Source: Eledone cirrhosa (taxonomy: Eukaryota). Taken from it: 64,000 bases of DNA. Made by a program: the position numbers and the translations under genes. The notes under the pieces were generated by a model that ran no database searches, was not told where the DNA came from, and saw only the letters and a list, made by a program, of their open reading frames with translations. The DNA lies in the NCBI GenBank assembly GCA_964016885.1, contig OZ024744.1:28892001-28956000 (forward strand). Direction: 5' to 3'. The number at the start of each line of letters is the position of its first letter. Within the stretch, counting starts at the first letter, position 1. Shown here piece after piece: positions 45,901 through 58,900 of the stretch.

Positions 45901-47340
45901 CACCACCACCAACACCAACACCACCACATCACCAACACCAACACCAACACCAACACCACCAACAGCAACAACACCACCAACACCAACACCACCAACACCA
46001 AGACCAACAACACCAACACCAACACCACCAACACCAACACCAACACCCACACCAACACCAACAACACCACCACCACCACCAACACCAACGACACCACCAA
46101 CACCAACACCAACAACACGACCACCAACAACAAAAACAACAACAACAACACCACCAACAACACCTGCAACACCAACAACACCAACAACACCAACAACCCC
46201 AACGCCAACACCACCAACGCCAACACCACCAACACCAACACCAACACCACCAACACCACCAACACCAACGACACCACCACCAACACCAACAACACCAACA
46301 ACAACACCAACAATACCACCAACACCACCAACACCAACAACACCACCAACACCAACAATACCACCAACACCACCAACACCAACAACACCACCAACACCAA
46401 CACCAACAACACCAACAATAACACACCAACAACAACAACAACACCACCAACACCAACAACACCACCAACACCAACACCAACAACACCAACAATAACACAA
46501 CAACAACAACAACAACACCACCAACAACACCAACACCAACAACACCACCAACACCAACACCACCACCAACACCAACAACACCAACAACAACAACACCAAC
46601 AATACCACCAACACCACCAACACCAACACCACCACCAACACCAACAACACCACCAACACCACCAACACCAACGACACCACCAACACCAACACCAACAACA
46701 CCAACAACAACACCAACAATACCACCAACACCACCAACACCAACAGCACCACCAACACCAACAACACCACCAACACCAACAACACCACCAACACCACCAA
46801 CACCACCAACACCAACAACACCACCAACACCAACACCACCACCAACACCAACAACACCACCAACACCAACAACACCACCAACACCAACACCACCACCAAC
46901 ACCAACACCACCACCAACACCAACAACACCACCAACACCAACAACACCACCAACACCAACACCACCACCAACACCAACACCACCACCAACACCAACAACA
47001 CCACCAACACCACCAACACCACCAACACCAACACCACCACCAACACCAACACCACCACCAACACCAACAACACCACCAACACCAACACCACCACCAACAC
47101 CAACAACACCACCAACACCACCAACACCAACAACACCACCAACACCAACACCAACAACACCAACAATAACACAACAACAACAACAACAACACCACCAACA
47201 ACACCTGCAACACCAACAACACCAACAACACCAACAACACCAACAACCCCAACGCCAACACCAACACCACCAACACCACCCACAACAACAACACCACCAC
47301 CAAAACACCACCAACACCACCAACACCAACAACAACATCT
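16090..47340. repeat. ~31 kb compound trinucleotide array (CCA/ACA)n, i.e. (TGG/TGT)n on the minus strand
   Basis: The + strand is almost entirely A and C in triplets CCA and ACA, with sparse GCA/TCA/CTA/CGA variants and many internal block duplications. Confidence 0.95.
16385..21340 (+). repeat. 2519-bp tandem duplication inside the triplet array
   Basis: Marker strings recur at +2519 (ccacgagcaccaaaaac ~16425/18944; gccatgagcacc 17438/19957). ORF-track coordinates also shift by 2519 (16774->19293, 17441->19960, 18162->20681). Confidence 0.9.
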
Positions 47341-47399
47341 TCAATGAACGCCACTACGGAACAATGTAAGAAAGAATATTAAAAAATAGGAAAGGTTCA

Positions 47400-48058
47400 T
47401 TCTCTATTTCTCTGTCTTTCTCTCTTTCTCTCTGTGTTTCTTTTTCTCTTTCTCTCTGTACCTCTCTTTCTCCCTGTCTCTCTCTCACTCTCCCTGTATC
47501 ATTCTTTCTTTCTCTTTGTTGCTCTCTTTTTCTCTGTCTCTTTCTTTCTGTCTCTTTCTTTCATTCTCTCTTTCTCTCGGTTTCTCTCTCCGTCTCTTTC
47601 TCTCGGTCTTTTTCTCTTTCTTTTTCTCTATTTTTCCTTCTCTTTCTCTCTCTACTTTTCTCACTTTCTCTTTCTCTCTTTCTCTTTTTTTTTCTCTGCC
47701 CTTTCTCTGCGCTCTCTCTCCCACTCACTCACTGTCTCTTCCTCTCATTTACTTACTCAGTTCGTGTGTCTCTCTCTCACTGTTTCAGTCTCTCTCTTTC
47801 TCTCTCACTCTTTTCCGTCTGTTCAAATCTCTCTCCCGTCTACTTTCTATCTGTTTCTCTGTCTGTCGGTATGTCTGTGTGTCTGTCTGTCTATTCCCCC
47901 TCTCTCTCTCTAACTTACTCAGTCTCTATCTCTCTCTTTCTCTTTCAGTCTTTTTTCCATCTGCCCAGATCTCTCTCCCCCACCGTCTTTCTAACTATCT
48001 GACGTCTCTCTCTCTCTCTCCCCCTCTCTCCCCCCTCTCTCTTTCTCTCTCTCTCTCA
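47400..48058. repeat. CT-rich polypyrimidine low-complexity tract
   Basis: Degenerate (CT)n/(CTTT)n, directly visible. Confidence 0.9.
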
Positions 48059-48183
48059 CGCACACACACACACCCTCCTACCAACCCACCAAACCTCAAG
48101 GCACTAAAAAATGTTTGGCTGCGAGAGGGTGGTGGGTGGTAGTAGGTGGAGTTTATTTCTCCTTTACTTATTTAATGTTCATA

Positions 48184-48291
48184 TTATTGACATCCCACCG
48201 TTAATGGATGCTCTACAGCTTTTTCTGGGGCTCCTTTGTATCTGTTTGAAACGACATTTAATGAAACTTTAACTTCAACCGAAAAGGTTAC
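48184..48291 (-). CDS. Candidate host exon of unknown gene (VTFSVEVKVSLNVVSNRYKGAPEKAVEHPLTVGCQ*)
   Basis: Strong acceptor on the minus strand (T-run + cttttgacag), followed by 108 nt of non-repetitive sequence open only in phase 0. No homology recognised. Confidence 0.25.
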   Translation of the reverse strand, partial: VTFSVEVKVSLNVVSNRYKGAPEKAVEHPLTVGCQ

Positions 48292-48329
48292 CTGTCAAAA
48301 GAAAAAAAAAATTAAATTTAAAAGAATGA

Positions 48330-48508
48330 ATATATGTACAAGTATATATATACATGTATAAACATTCATACGTACATATATATATATACAGGCACACATA
48401 CATACATACATACATACATACATACATACATACATACATACATACATACATACATACATACATACTTATATATATATATATACAGGCACACATACATACA
48501 TACATACA

Positions 48509-48542
<34 letters not shown>

Positions 48543-48548
48543 CATACA

Positions 48549-48584
<36 letters not shown>

Positions 48585-48672
48585 TACATACATACATACA
48601 TACATATATACATACATACATACATACATATATACATACATACATACATACATATATATATACATACATACA

Positions 48673-48708
<36 letters not shown>

Positions 48709-49058
48709 TACATACATACATACATATATACATACATACATACATATATATATACATACATACATACATACATACATTCATACATACATACATACATACA
48801 TACATACATACATACATACATACATACATACATACATACATACATGCACACATACATACATATATACATACATACATACACACATACATACATACATACA
48901 TACATACATACATACATACATACATACATACATACATACATACAGGCACACATACATACATATATATATACATATATACATACAGGCACACATACATACA
49001 TACACACATACAGGCACACATACATACATACACACATACAGGCACACATATATATATA
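48330..49058. repeat. (TACA)n tetranucleotide microsatellite with TA interruptions
   Basis: Directly visible. Confidence 0.95.
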
Positions 49059-49272
49059 ATTAAATAATAAAGAAATAAGTACAAAGAGAAGAGAAAAATT
49101 GTGTAGAGCAGCGGAGCCCAGTCCTAAGTAGAAGCCGTAGTCAATTGAAGAAGGCCGGGTTCAGCAGCAATTTGTTAGTTGCAGGTGGTGCTATGGCGAC
49201 AACAACTGAACACTGCACTTTGTTTATGAGTCATCCATCGCAACTGCCCCCAATTCTGTAGTAGTTCATTTC

Positions 49273-49274
<2 letters not shown>

Positions 49275-49345
<71 letters not shown>

Positions 49346-49418
49346 TTGTGTGTGTGTGTGTGTGTGTGTGTGTATCTGTGTGTGTGCATATATATATATA
49401 TATATGTGTGTGTTTGTA

Positions 49419-49495
<77 letters not shown>

Positions 49496-49558
49496 ATATA
49501 TATATATATATATATTCATGTATATATATAAAGTTAGTAATGTAACCGAGAAGTGATT

Positions 49559-49626
<68 letters not shown>
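49275..49626. repeat. Compound (TA)n/(TG)n/(GA)n microsatellite
   Basis: Directly visible. Confidence 0.95.
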
Positions 49627-49984
49627 AACGAAAAAAGGCAACGAATATTGAGGAGTGAGGGTGTCTTTTGTTGCTGGTGATATTACTATTATTATTATAT
49701 TTGTTGTTATTGTTATTATTATGGTTGAATTTTCTCTTATTCTCTCCCCTAAACTTCTACCTCGATATATACCCGATATCCAAGAAAGAGATATTGACTT
49801 TTTTTGTTCTTGTTTGTGTTGCTATGTATTATTATTGTTGTTGCTGCTATTCCCTACCATCCCCCTTCCATAAACATCACTTCCATATACATACATCCCC
49901 AATTTCCCCAAACATCTTACCCACCCCTCCAAAGTTTCCAACCACCTCTATAAAGTGATCACCACTGGAGCCACGTTAAAAGGG

Positions 49985-52900
49985 CACAGCACACACTAAA
50001 GTGGTCATGTAGATGTCACAACAAAAAGTACCCATTCCACACTGTAAAGTAGTCATGTAGGTGTCACAACAAAAAGTACCCAGTCCACACTAAAGTAGTC
50101 ATGTAGATGTCACAACAAAAAGCACCCAGTCCACACTGTAAAGTAGTCGTGTAGGTGTCACAACAAAAAGCAGACAGTACACACTGTAAAGTGGTCATGT
50201 AGATTTCATGACAGAAATCACCCAGTCCACAGGGTAAAGTAGTCATGTAGTTGTCACAACAAAAAGTACCCAGTCCACACTAAAGTAGTCATGTAGATGT
50301 CACAACAAAAAGCACCCAGTCCACACTGTAAAGTGGTCATGTAGGTGTCACAACAAAAAGTACCTAGTCCACACTAAAGTAGTCATGTAGATGTCACAAC
50401 AAAAAGCACCCAGTCCACACTGTAAAGTAGTCATGTAGATGTCACAAAAAAAAGCACCCAGTCCACACTGTAAAGTAGTCATATAGGTGTCACAACAAAA
50501 AGCACCCAGTCACACTGTAAAGTAGTCATGTAGGTGACACAACAAAAAGCACCCAGTCCACACTATAAAGTAGTCGTGTAGGTATCACAACAAAAAGCAC
50601 CCAGTCTACACTGTAAAGTAGTCATGTAGGTGACACAACAAAAAGTACCCAGCCCACACTGTAAAGTAGTCATGTAGGTGTCACAACAAAAAGTACCCAG
50701 TCCACACTGTAAAGTAGTCGTGTAGGTGTCACAACAAAAAGCACCCAGTCCACTCTGTAAAGTAGTCGTGTAAGTATCACAGCAAAAAACACCCAGTCCA
50801 CACTGTAAAGTAGTTATGTAGGTGTCACAACGAGAATCACCCAGACCACGCTGTAAAATGGTCATTTAGGTGTCATAACAAAAAGGAACCCAGTCAAAAC
50901 TGTAAAGTAGTCATGTAGATGTCACAACAAAAAGCACCCAGTCCACACTGTAAAGTAGTCATGTAGGTGTCACAACAAAAAGCACCCAGTCCACACTGAA
51001 AAGTAGTCATGTAGGTGTCACAACAAAAATCACCCAGTCCACACTGTAAAGTAGTCATGTAGGTGTCACAACAAAAAGCAGCCAGTCCACACTGTAAAGT
51101 GGTCATTTAGGTGTCATAACAAAAACACCCAGACCACACTGTAAGTTGGTCATTTAGGTGTCACCACAAAAAGCACCCAGGCCACGCTGTAAAGTAGTCA
51201 TGTAAGTGTCACAACAAAAGCACCCAGTTCACACTGTAAAGTGGTCATGTAGGTGTCACAACAAAAAGTAACCAGTCCACACTGTAAAGTGGTCATGTAT
51301 GTGTCACAACAAAAAGCACCCAGTCCACACTGTAAAGTAATCATGTAGATGTCACAACAAAACGCACCCAGTCCACACTGTAAAGTAGTCATGTAGATGT
51401 CACAAAAAAAAGCACCCAGTCCACACTGTAAAGTAGTCATATAGGTGTCACAACAAAAAGCACCCAGTCACACTGTAAAGTAGTCATGTAGGTGACACAA
51501 CAAAAAGCACCCAGTCCACACTATAAAGTGGTCATGTAGGTGACACAACAAAAAGTACCCAGCCCACACTGTAAAGTAGTCATGTAGGTGTCACAACAAA
51601 AAGTACCCAGTCCACACTGTAAAGTAGTCGTGTAGGTGTCACAACAAAAAGCACCCAGTCCACTCTGTAAAGTAGTCGTGTAGGTATCACAGCAAAAAAC
51701 ACCCAGTCCACACTGTAAAGTAGTCATGTAGGTGTCACAACGAAAATCACCCAGACCACGCTGTAAAATGGTCATTTAGGTGTCATAACAAAAAGGAACC
51801 CAGTCCAAACTGTAAAGTTGTCATGTAGATGTCACAACAAAACGCACCCAGTCCACACTGTAAAGTAGTCATGTAGGTGTCACAACAAAAAGCACCCAGT
51901 CCAAACTGAAAAGTAGTCATGTAGGTGTCACAACAAAAATCACCCAGTCCACACTGTAAAGTAGTCATGGAGGTGTCACAACAAAAAGCAGCCAGTCCAC
52001 ACTGTAAAGTGGTCATTTAGGTGTCATAACAAAAAGTACCCAGACCACACTGTAAGTTGGTCATGTAGGTGTCACCACAAAAAGCACCCAGTCCACGCTG
52101 TAAAGTAGTCATGTAAGTGTCACAAAAAAAGCACCCAGTCCACACTGTAAAGTGGTCATGTAGGTGTCACAACAAAAGGTACCCAGTCCACACTGTAAAG
52201 TGGTCATGTATGTGTCACAACAAAAAGCACCCAGTCCACACTGTAAAGTAATCATGTAGATGTCACAACAAAACGCACCCAGTCCACACTATAAAGTAGT
52301 CATGTAGATGTCACAACAAAATGTACCCAGTCCACACTGTAAAGTAGTCATGTAGGTGTCACAACAAAAAGCACCCAGTCCACACTGAAAAGTAGTCATG
52401 TAGGTTTCACAACAAAAATCACCCAGTCCACACTGTAAAGTAGTCGTGTAGGTATCACAACAAAAAGCACCCAGTACACACTGTAAAGTAGTCATGTAGG
52501 TGTCACAACAAAAAGCACCCAGTCCACACTGTAAAGTTGTTATGTAGGTGCCAAAACAAAAAAGTACCCAGTCCACACTGTAAAGTAGTCGTGTAGGTAT
52601 CACAGCAAAAAACACACAGTCCACACTGTAAAGTAGTCATGTAGGTGTTACAACAAAAATCACCCAGTCCACACTGTGAAGTAGTCATGTAGGTGTCACA
52701 ACAGAAATCACCCAGTCCACACTGTAAAGTAGTCGTGTAGGTATCACAACAAAAAGCACCCAGTCTACACTGTAAAGTAGTCATGTAGGTGTCACAACAA
52801 AAAGCACCCAGTCCACACTGTAAAGTGGTTATGTAGGAGCCAAAACAAAAAGGTACCCAGTCCACACTGTAAAGTAGTCGTGTAGGTATCACAGCAAAAA

Positions 52901-55900
52901 ACACCCAGTCCACACTGTAAAGTAGTCATGTAGGTGTCACAACAAAAATCACTCAGTCCACACTGTAAAGTGGTCATTTAGGTGACATAACAAAAAGGAA
53001 CCCAGTCCAAACTGTAAAGTAGTCATTTAGGTGTCATAACAAAAAGTGCCCAGACCACACTGTACGGTGGTCATGTAGGTTTCACAATAAAAAGCACACA
53101 GTCCACACTGTAAAGTAGTCATGTAGGTGTCACAACAAAAAACACCCAGTCCATACTGTAAAATAGTCATGTAGGTGACACAACAAAAAGCACCCAGTCC
53201 ACACTATAAAGTAGTCATGTAGATGTCACAACAAAAAGCACACAGTCCACACTGTAAAGAAGTCATGTAGGCGTCACAACAAAAAGCACCCAGTCCACAC
53301 TGTAAAGTAGTCATGTAGGTGTCACAACAAAAAGCACCCAGTCCACACTGTAAAGTGGTCATGTAGGTTTCACAACAAAAAGCACCCAGTCCACACGGTA
53401 TAGTGGTCATGTAGGTGACACAACAAAAAGCACCCAATCCAAACTGTAAAGTGGTCATGTAGATGCCACAACAAAAAGTACCCAGTCCACACTGTAAAGT
53501 GGTCATTTAGGTGTCATAACAAAAAGGAACCCATAAAAACTGTAAAGTAGTCATGTAGATGTCACAACAAAAAGTACCCAGTCCACACTGTAAAGTGGTC
53601 ATGTAGGTGTCACAACAAAAAGCACATGGTCCATACTGTAAAGTGTTCATGTTGGTGTCTCAAAAAAAAGTACCCAGTCCACACTGTAAAGTAGTCATGT
53701 AGGTGTCACAACAAAAAGCAGCCAGTCCACACTGTAAAGTGGTCATGTAGGTGTCACAACAAAAAGCAACCAGTCCAAACTGTAAAGTGGTCATGTAGGT
53801 TTCAAAACAGAAAGTACCCAGTCCACACTGTAAAATAGTCATGTAGGCGTCACAATAAAAGAAACCCAGTCCACACTGTAAAGTGATCATGTAGGTGTCA
53901 AAACACGAAAGTAACCAGTGCACACTCTAAAGTAGTCGTGTAGGTATCACAGCAAAAAAACGCACTCTACACTGTAAAGTAGCCATGTAGGTGTCACAAC
54001 AAAAATCACCCAGTCCACACTGTAAAGTGGTGATTTAGGTGTCATATCAAAAAGCACCCGGTCCACACTGTAGAGTGGCTATGTAGATGTCACAACAAAA
54101 AGCACCCAGTCCACACTATAAAGTAGTCATGTAGGTGTCACAACTAGAAGCAACCAGTCCACGCTGTAAAGTAGTCATGTAGGTGTCACAACAAAAAGCA
54201 CCCGGTCCACACTGTAAAGTGGTCATGTAGATGTGACAACAAAAAGCACCCAGTCCACACTGTAAAGTAGTCATGTAGGCGTCACAACAAAAAGCACCCA
54301 GTCCACACTGTAAAGTGGTCATGTAGGTGTCTCAACAAAAAGTACACTGTCCACACTGTAAAGTAGCCATGTAGGTGTCACAACAAAAAGCACCCAGTCC
54401 ACACTGTAAAGTGGTCATGTAGGTGTCACAACAAAAAGTACCCAGTCCACACTGTAAAGTAGTCTTGTAAGTGTAACAACAAAAAGTACCCAGTCCACAC
54501 TGTAAAGTGGTCATGTAGGTGCCAAAACAAGAGAGAGCCCAGTCCACACTGTAAAGTAGTCGTGTAGGTATCACAGCAAAAACAAACCCAGTCCACACTG
54601 TAAAGTAGCCATGTAGGTGTCACAACAAAAATCCCCCAATCCACACTGTAAAGTGGTCATTTAGGTGTCATATCAAAGAGGAACCCAGTCTAAACTGTAA
54701 AGTAGTCATGTAGAGGTCACAACAAAAAACCCAGTCCACACTATAAAGTAGTCATGAAGATGTCACAACAAAAAGCACCCAGTACACACTGTAAACTAGT
54801 CATGTAGGTGTCACAACAAAAAGCACCCAGTCCACACTGAAAAGTAATCATGTAGGTGTCACAACAAAAAGCACCCAGTCCACACTATAAAGTGGTCATT
54901 TAGGTGTCATAACAAAATGTACACAAACCACACTGTAAGGTGGTCATGTAGGTGTCACAACAAAAAGCACCCAGTCACACTGTAAAGTAGTAATGTAGGT
55001 GTCACAACTAAAAGCACCCACACCACACTGTAAAATAGTCATGTAGGTGACACAACAAAAAGCACCCACTCCCCACTGTAAAGTATTCATGTAGGTGCCA
55101 CAACAAAAGCACCCAGTCCACACTGTAAAGTGGTCATGTAGGTGCCACAACAAAAGCACCCAGTCCACACTGCAAAGTGGTCATGTAGGTGTCACAACAA
55201 AAAGTACTCAGTCCTCACTGGAAAGTGGTCATGTAGTTGTCACAACAAAAAGCACCCAGTCCACACTGTAAATTAGTCATGTAGGTGTCACAACAAAATA
55301 CACCCAGTCCACACTGTAAAGTAGCAATGTAGTGTCACAACAAAATACACCCAGTCCACACTGTAAAGTGGTCATGTAGATGTCACAACAAAAAGTACCT
55401 AGTCAACACTGTAAAGTGGTCATGTAGGTGTCACAACAAAAAGCACCCAGCCCACACTGTAAAGTGGTCATGTAGGTGTCACAACAAAAAGTACCCAGTC
55501 CACACTGTAAAGTAGTCATGTAGGCGTCACAACAAAAAGCACCCAGTCCACACTGTAAAGTGGTCATTTAGGTGTCACAACAAAATGTACCCAGTCCACA
55601 CTGTAAAGTGGTCATGTAGGTGTCACAACAAAAAGCACCCAGTCCACACGGTAAAGTGGTCATGTAGATGCCACAACAAAAAGTACCCAGTCCACACTGT
55701 AAAGTGATCATTTAGGTGTCATAACAAAAAGGAACCCATAAAAACTGTAAAGTAGTCATGTAGATGTCACAACAAAAAGTACCCACTCCACACTGTAAAG
55801 TGGTCATGTAGGTGTCACAACAAAAAGAACATGGTCCATACTGTAAAGTGTTCATGTTGGCGTCTCAAAAAAAAGTACCCAATCCACACTGTAAAGTAGT

Positions 55901-58900
55901 CATGTAGGTGTCACAAGAAATAGCAGCCAGTCCACACTGTAAAGTGGTCATGTAGGTGTCACAACAAAAAGCACCCAGTCCAAACTGTAAAGTGGTCATG
56001 TAGGTTTCACAACAGAAAGTACCCAGTCAACACTGTAAAATAGTCATGTAGGCGTCACAATAAAAGAAACCCAGTCCACACTGTAAAGTGGTCATGTAGG
56101 TGTCAAAACACGAAAGTAACCAGTGCACACTCTAAAGTAGTCGTGTAGGTATCACAGCAAAAAAACCCACTCCACACTGTAAAGTAGCCATGTAGGTGTC
56201 ACAACAAAAATCCCCCAGTCCACACTGTAAAGTGGTGATTTAGGTGTCATATCAAAGAGGAACCGAGTCCACACTGTAGAGTGGTCATGTAGATGTCACA
56301 ACAAAAAGCACCCAGTCCACACTATAAAGTAGTCATGTAGGTGTCACAACTAGAAGCACCCAGTCCACGCTGTAAAGTAGTCATATAGGTGTCACAACAA
56401 AAAGCACCCAGTCCACACTGTAAAGTGGTCATGTAGATGTGACAACAAAAAGCACCCAGTCCACACTGTAAAGTAGTCATGTAGGCGTCACAACAAAAAG
56501 CACCCAGTCCACACTGTAAAGTGGTCATGTAGGTTTCACAACAGAAAGTACCCAGTCCACACTGTAAAGTGTTAATGTAGGTGTCACAACAAAAAGCACC
56601 CAGTCCACATTGTAAAGTAGTCATGTAGGTGTCACAACAAAATACACCCAGTCCACACTGCAAAGTAGCCATGTATGTGTCACAACAAAAAGTACCTAGT
56701 CCACACTGTAAAGTAGTCATGTGGGTGTCATAACAAAAAGCACCCAGTCCACACTGTAAATGATCATGTAGGAGACACAACAAAAAGTACCCAGTCCACA
56801 CTGTAAAGTGGTCATTTAGGTGACATAAAAAAAGTACCCAGTCCACACTGTAAAGTGGTCATGTAGGAGTCAGAACAAAAAGTACCCAGTCCACACTGTA
56901 AAGTTTTCATGTAGGTTTCACAACAAAAAGTACCAAGTTCACACTGTAAAGTGGTCATGTAGGTGTCACAACAAAAAGTACCCAGTCCACACTGTAAAGT
57001 AGTCATGTAGGTGTCACAACAAAAAGTACCCAGTCCACACTGTAAAGTGGTCATGTAGGTGTCACAACAAAAAGTACCCAGGCCACACTGTAAAATAGTC
57101 ATGTAGGCGTCACAATAAAAGAAACCCAGTCCACACTGTAAAGTGGTCATGTAGGTGTCACAACAAAATGTACCCAGTCCACACTGTAAAGTAGTCATGT
57201 AGGTGTCACAACAAAAATACCCACTCCACACTGTAAAGTAGTCATGTAGGTGTCACAACAAAAAGTTCCCAGTTCACACTGTAAAGTGGTCATGTAGGTG
57301 CCAAAACACGAAAGTACCCAGTCCACACTCTAAAGTAGTCGTGTATGTATCACAGCAAAAAAACCCAGTCCACACTGTAAAGTAACCATGTAGGTGTCAC
57401 AACAAAAATCCCCCAGTCCACACTGTAAAGTGGTCATTTAGGTGTCATATCAAAGAGGAACCCAGTCTAAACTGTAAAGTAGTCATGTAGAGGTCACAAC
57501 AAAAACGCCCAGTCCACACTATAAAGTAGTCATGAAGATGTCACAACAAAAAGCACCCAGTACACACTGTAAAGTAGTCATGTAGGTGTCACAACAAAAA
57601 GCACCCAGTCCACACTGAAAAGTAATCATGTAGGTGTCACAACAAAAAGCACCCAGTCCACACTATAAAGTGGTCATTTAGGTTTCATAACAAAATGTAC
57701 CCAAACCACACTGTAAGGTGGTCATGTAGGTGTCACAACAAAAAGCACCCAGTCACACTGTAAAGTAGTCATGTAGGTGTCACAACTAAAAGCACCCACT
57801 CCACACTGTAAAATAGTCATGTAGGTGACACAACAAAAAGCACCCACTCCCCACTGTAAAGTATTCATGTAGGTGCCACAACAAAAACACCCAGTCCACA
57901 CTGCAAAGTGGTCATGTAGGTGTCACAACAAAAAGTACTCAGTCCTCACTGGAAAGTGGTCATGTAGGTGTTACAACAAAAAGCACCCAGTCCACACTGT
58001 AAAGTAGTCATGTAGGTGTCACAACAAAATACACCCAGTCCACACTGTAAAGTAGCAATGTATTGTCACACCAAAAAACACCCAGTCCACACTGTAAAGT
58101 CGTCATGTAGGTGTCACGACAAAAAGTACCCAGTCCACACTGTAACGTGGTCATGTAGGTGTCACAACAAAAAGTACCCAGTCCACACTGTAAAGTAGTC
58201 ATGTAGGCGTCACAACAAAAAGCACCCAGTCCACACTGTAAAGTGGTCATTTAGGTGTCACAACAAAATGTACCCAGTCCACACTGTAAAGTGGTCATGT
58301 ATGTGTCACAACAAAAAGCACCCAGTCCACATTGTAAAGTAGTCATGTAGGTGTCACAACAAAATACACCCAGTCCACACTGCAAAGTAGCCATGTATGG
58401 GTCACAACAAAAAGTATCTAGTCCACGCTGTAAAGTAGTCCTGTGGGTGTCATAACAAAAAGTACCCAGTCCACACTGTAAATGATCATGTAGGAGTCAG
58501 AACAAAAAGTACCCAGTCCACACTGTAAAGTGGTCATGTAGGTGTCACAACAAAAAGTACCAAGTTCACACTGTAAAGTGGTCATGTAGGTGTCACAACA
58601 AAAAGTACCCAGTCCACACTGTAAAGTGGTCATGTAGGTGTCACAACAAAAAGTACCCAGGCCACACTGTAAAATAGTCATGTAGGCGTCACAATAAAAG
58701 AAACCCAGTCCACACTGTAAAGTGGTCATGTAGGTGTCACAACAAAATGTACCCAGTCCACACTGTAAAGTAGTCATGTAGGTGTCACAACAAAAAGTAC
58801 CCACTCCACACTGTAAAGTAGTCATGTAGGTGTCACAACAAAAAGTACCCAGTTAACACTGTAAAGTGGTCATGTAGGTGCCCAAACACGAAGGTACCCA

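Noticed and set aside
16090-47354. Giant Pro/Thr, Thr/Asn, Gly/Val or Leu/Val proteins
   Set aside because: Stop codons are compositionally rare, so several frames on both strands are open. Phase shifts and stops are shared between duplicated blocks, and there is no signal peptide or globular domain.
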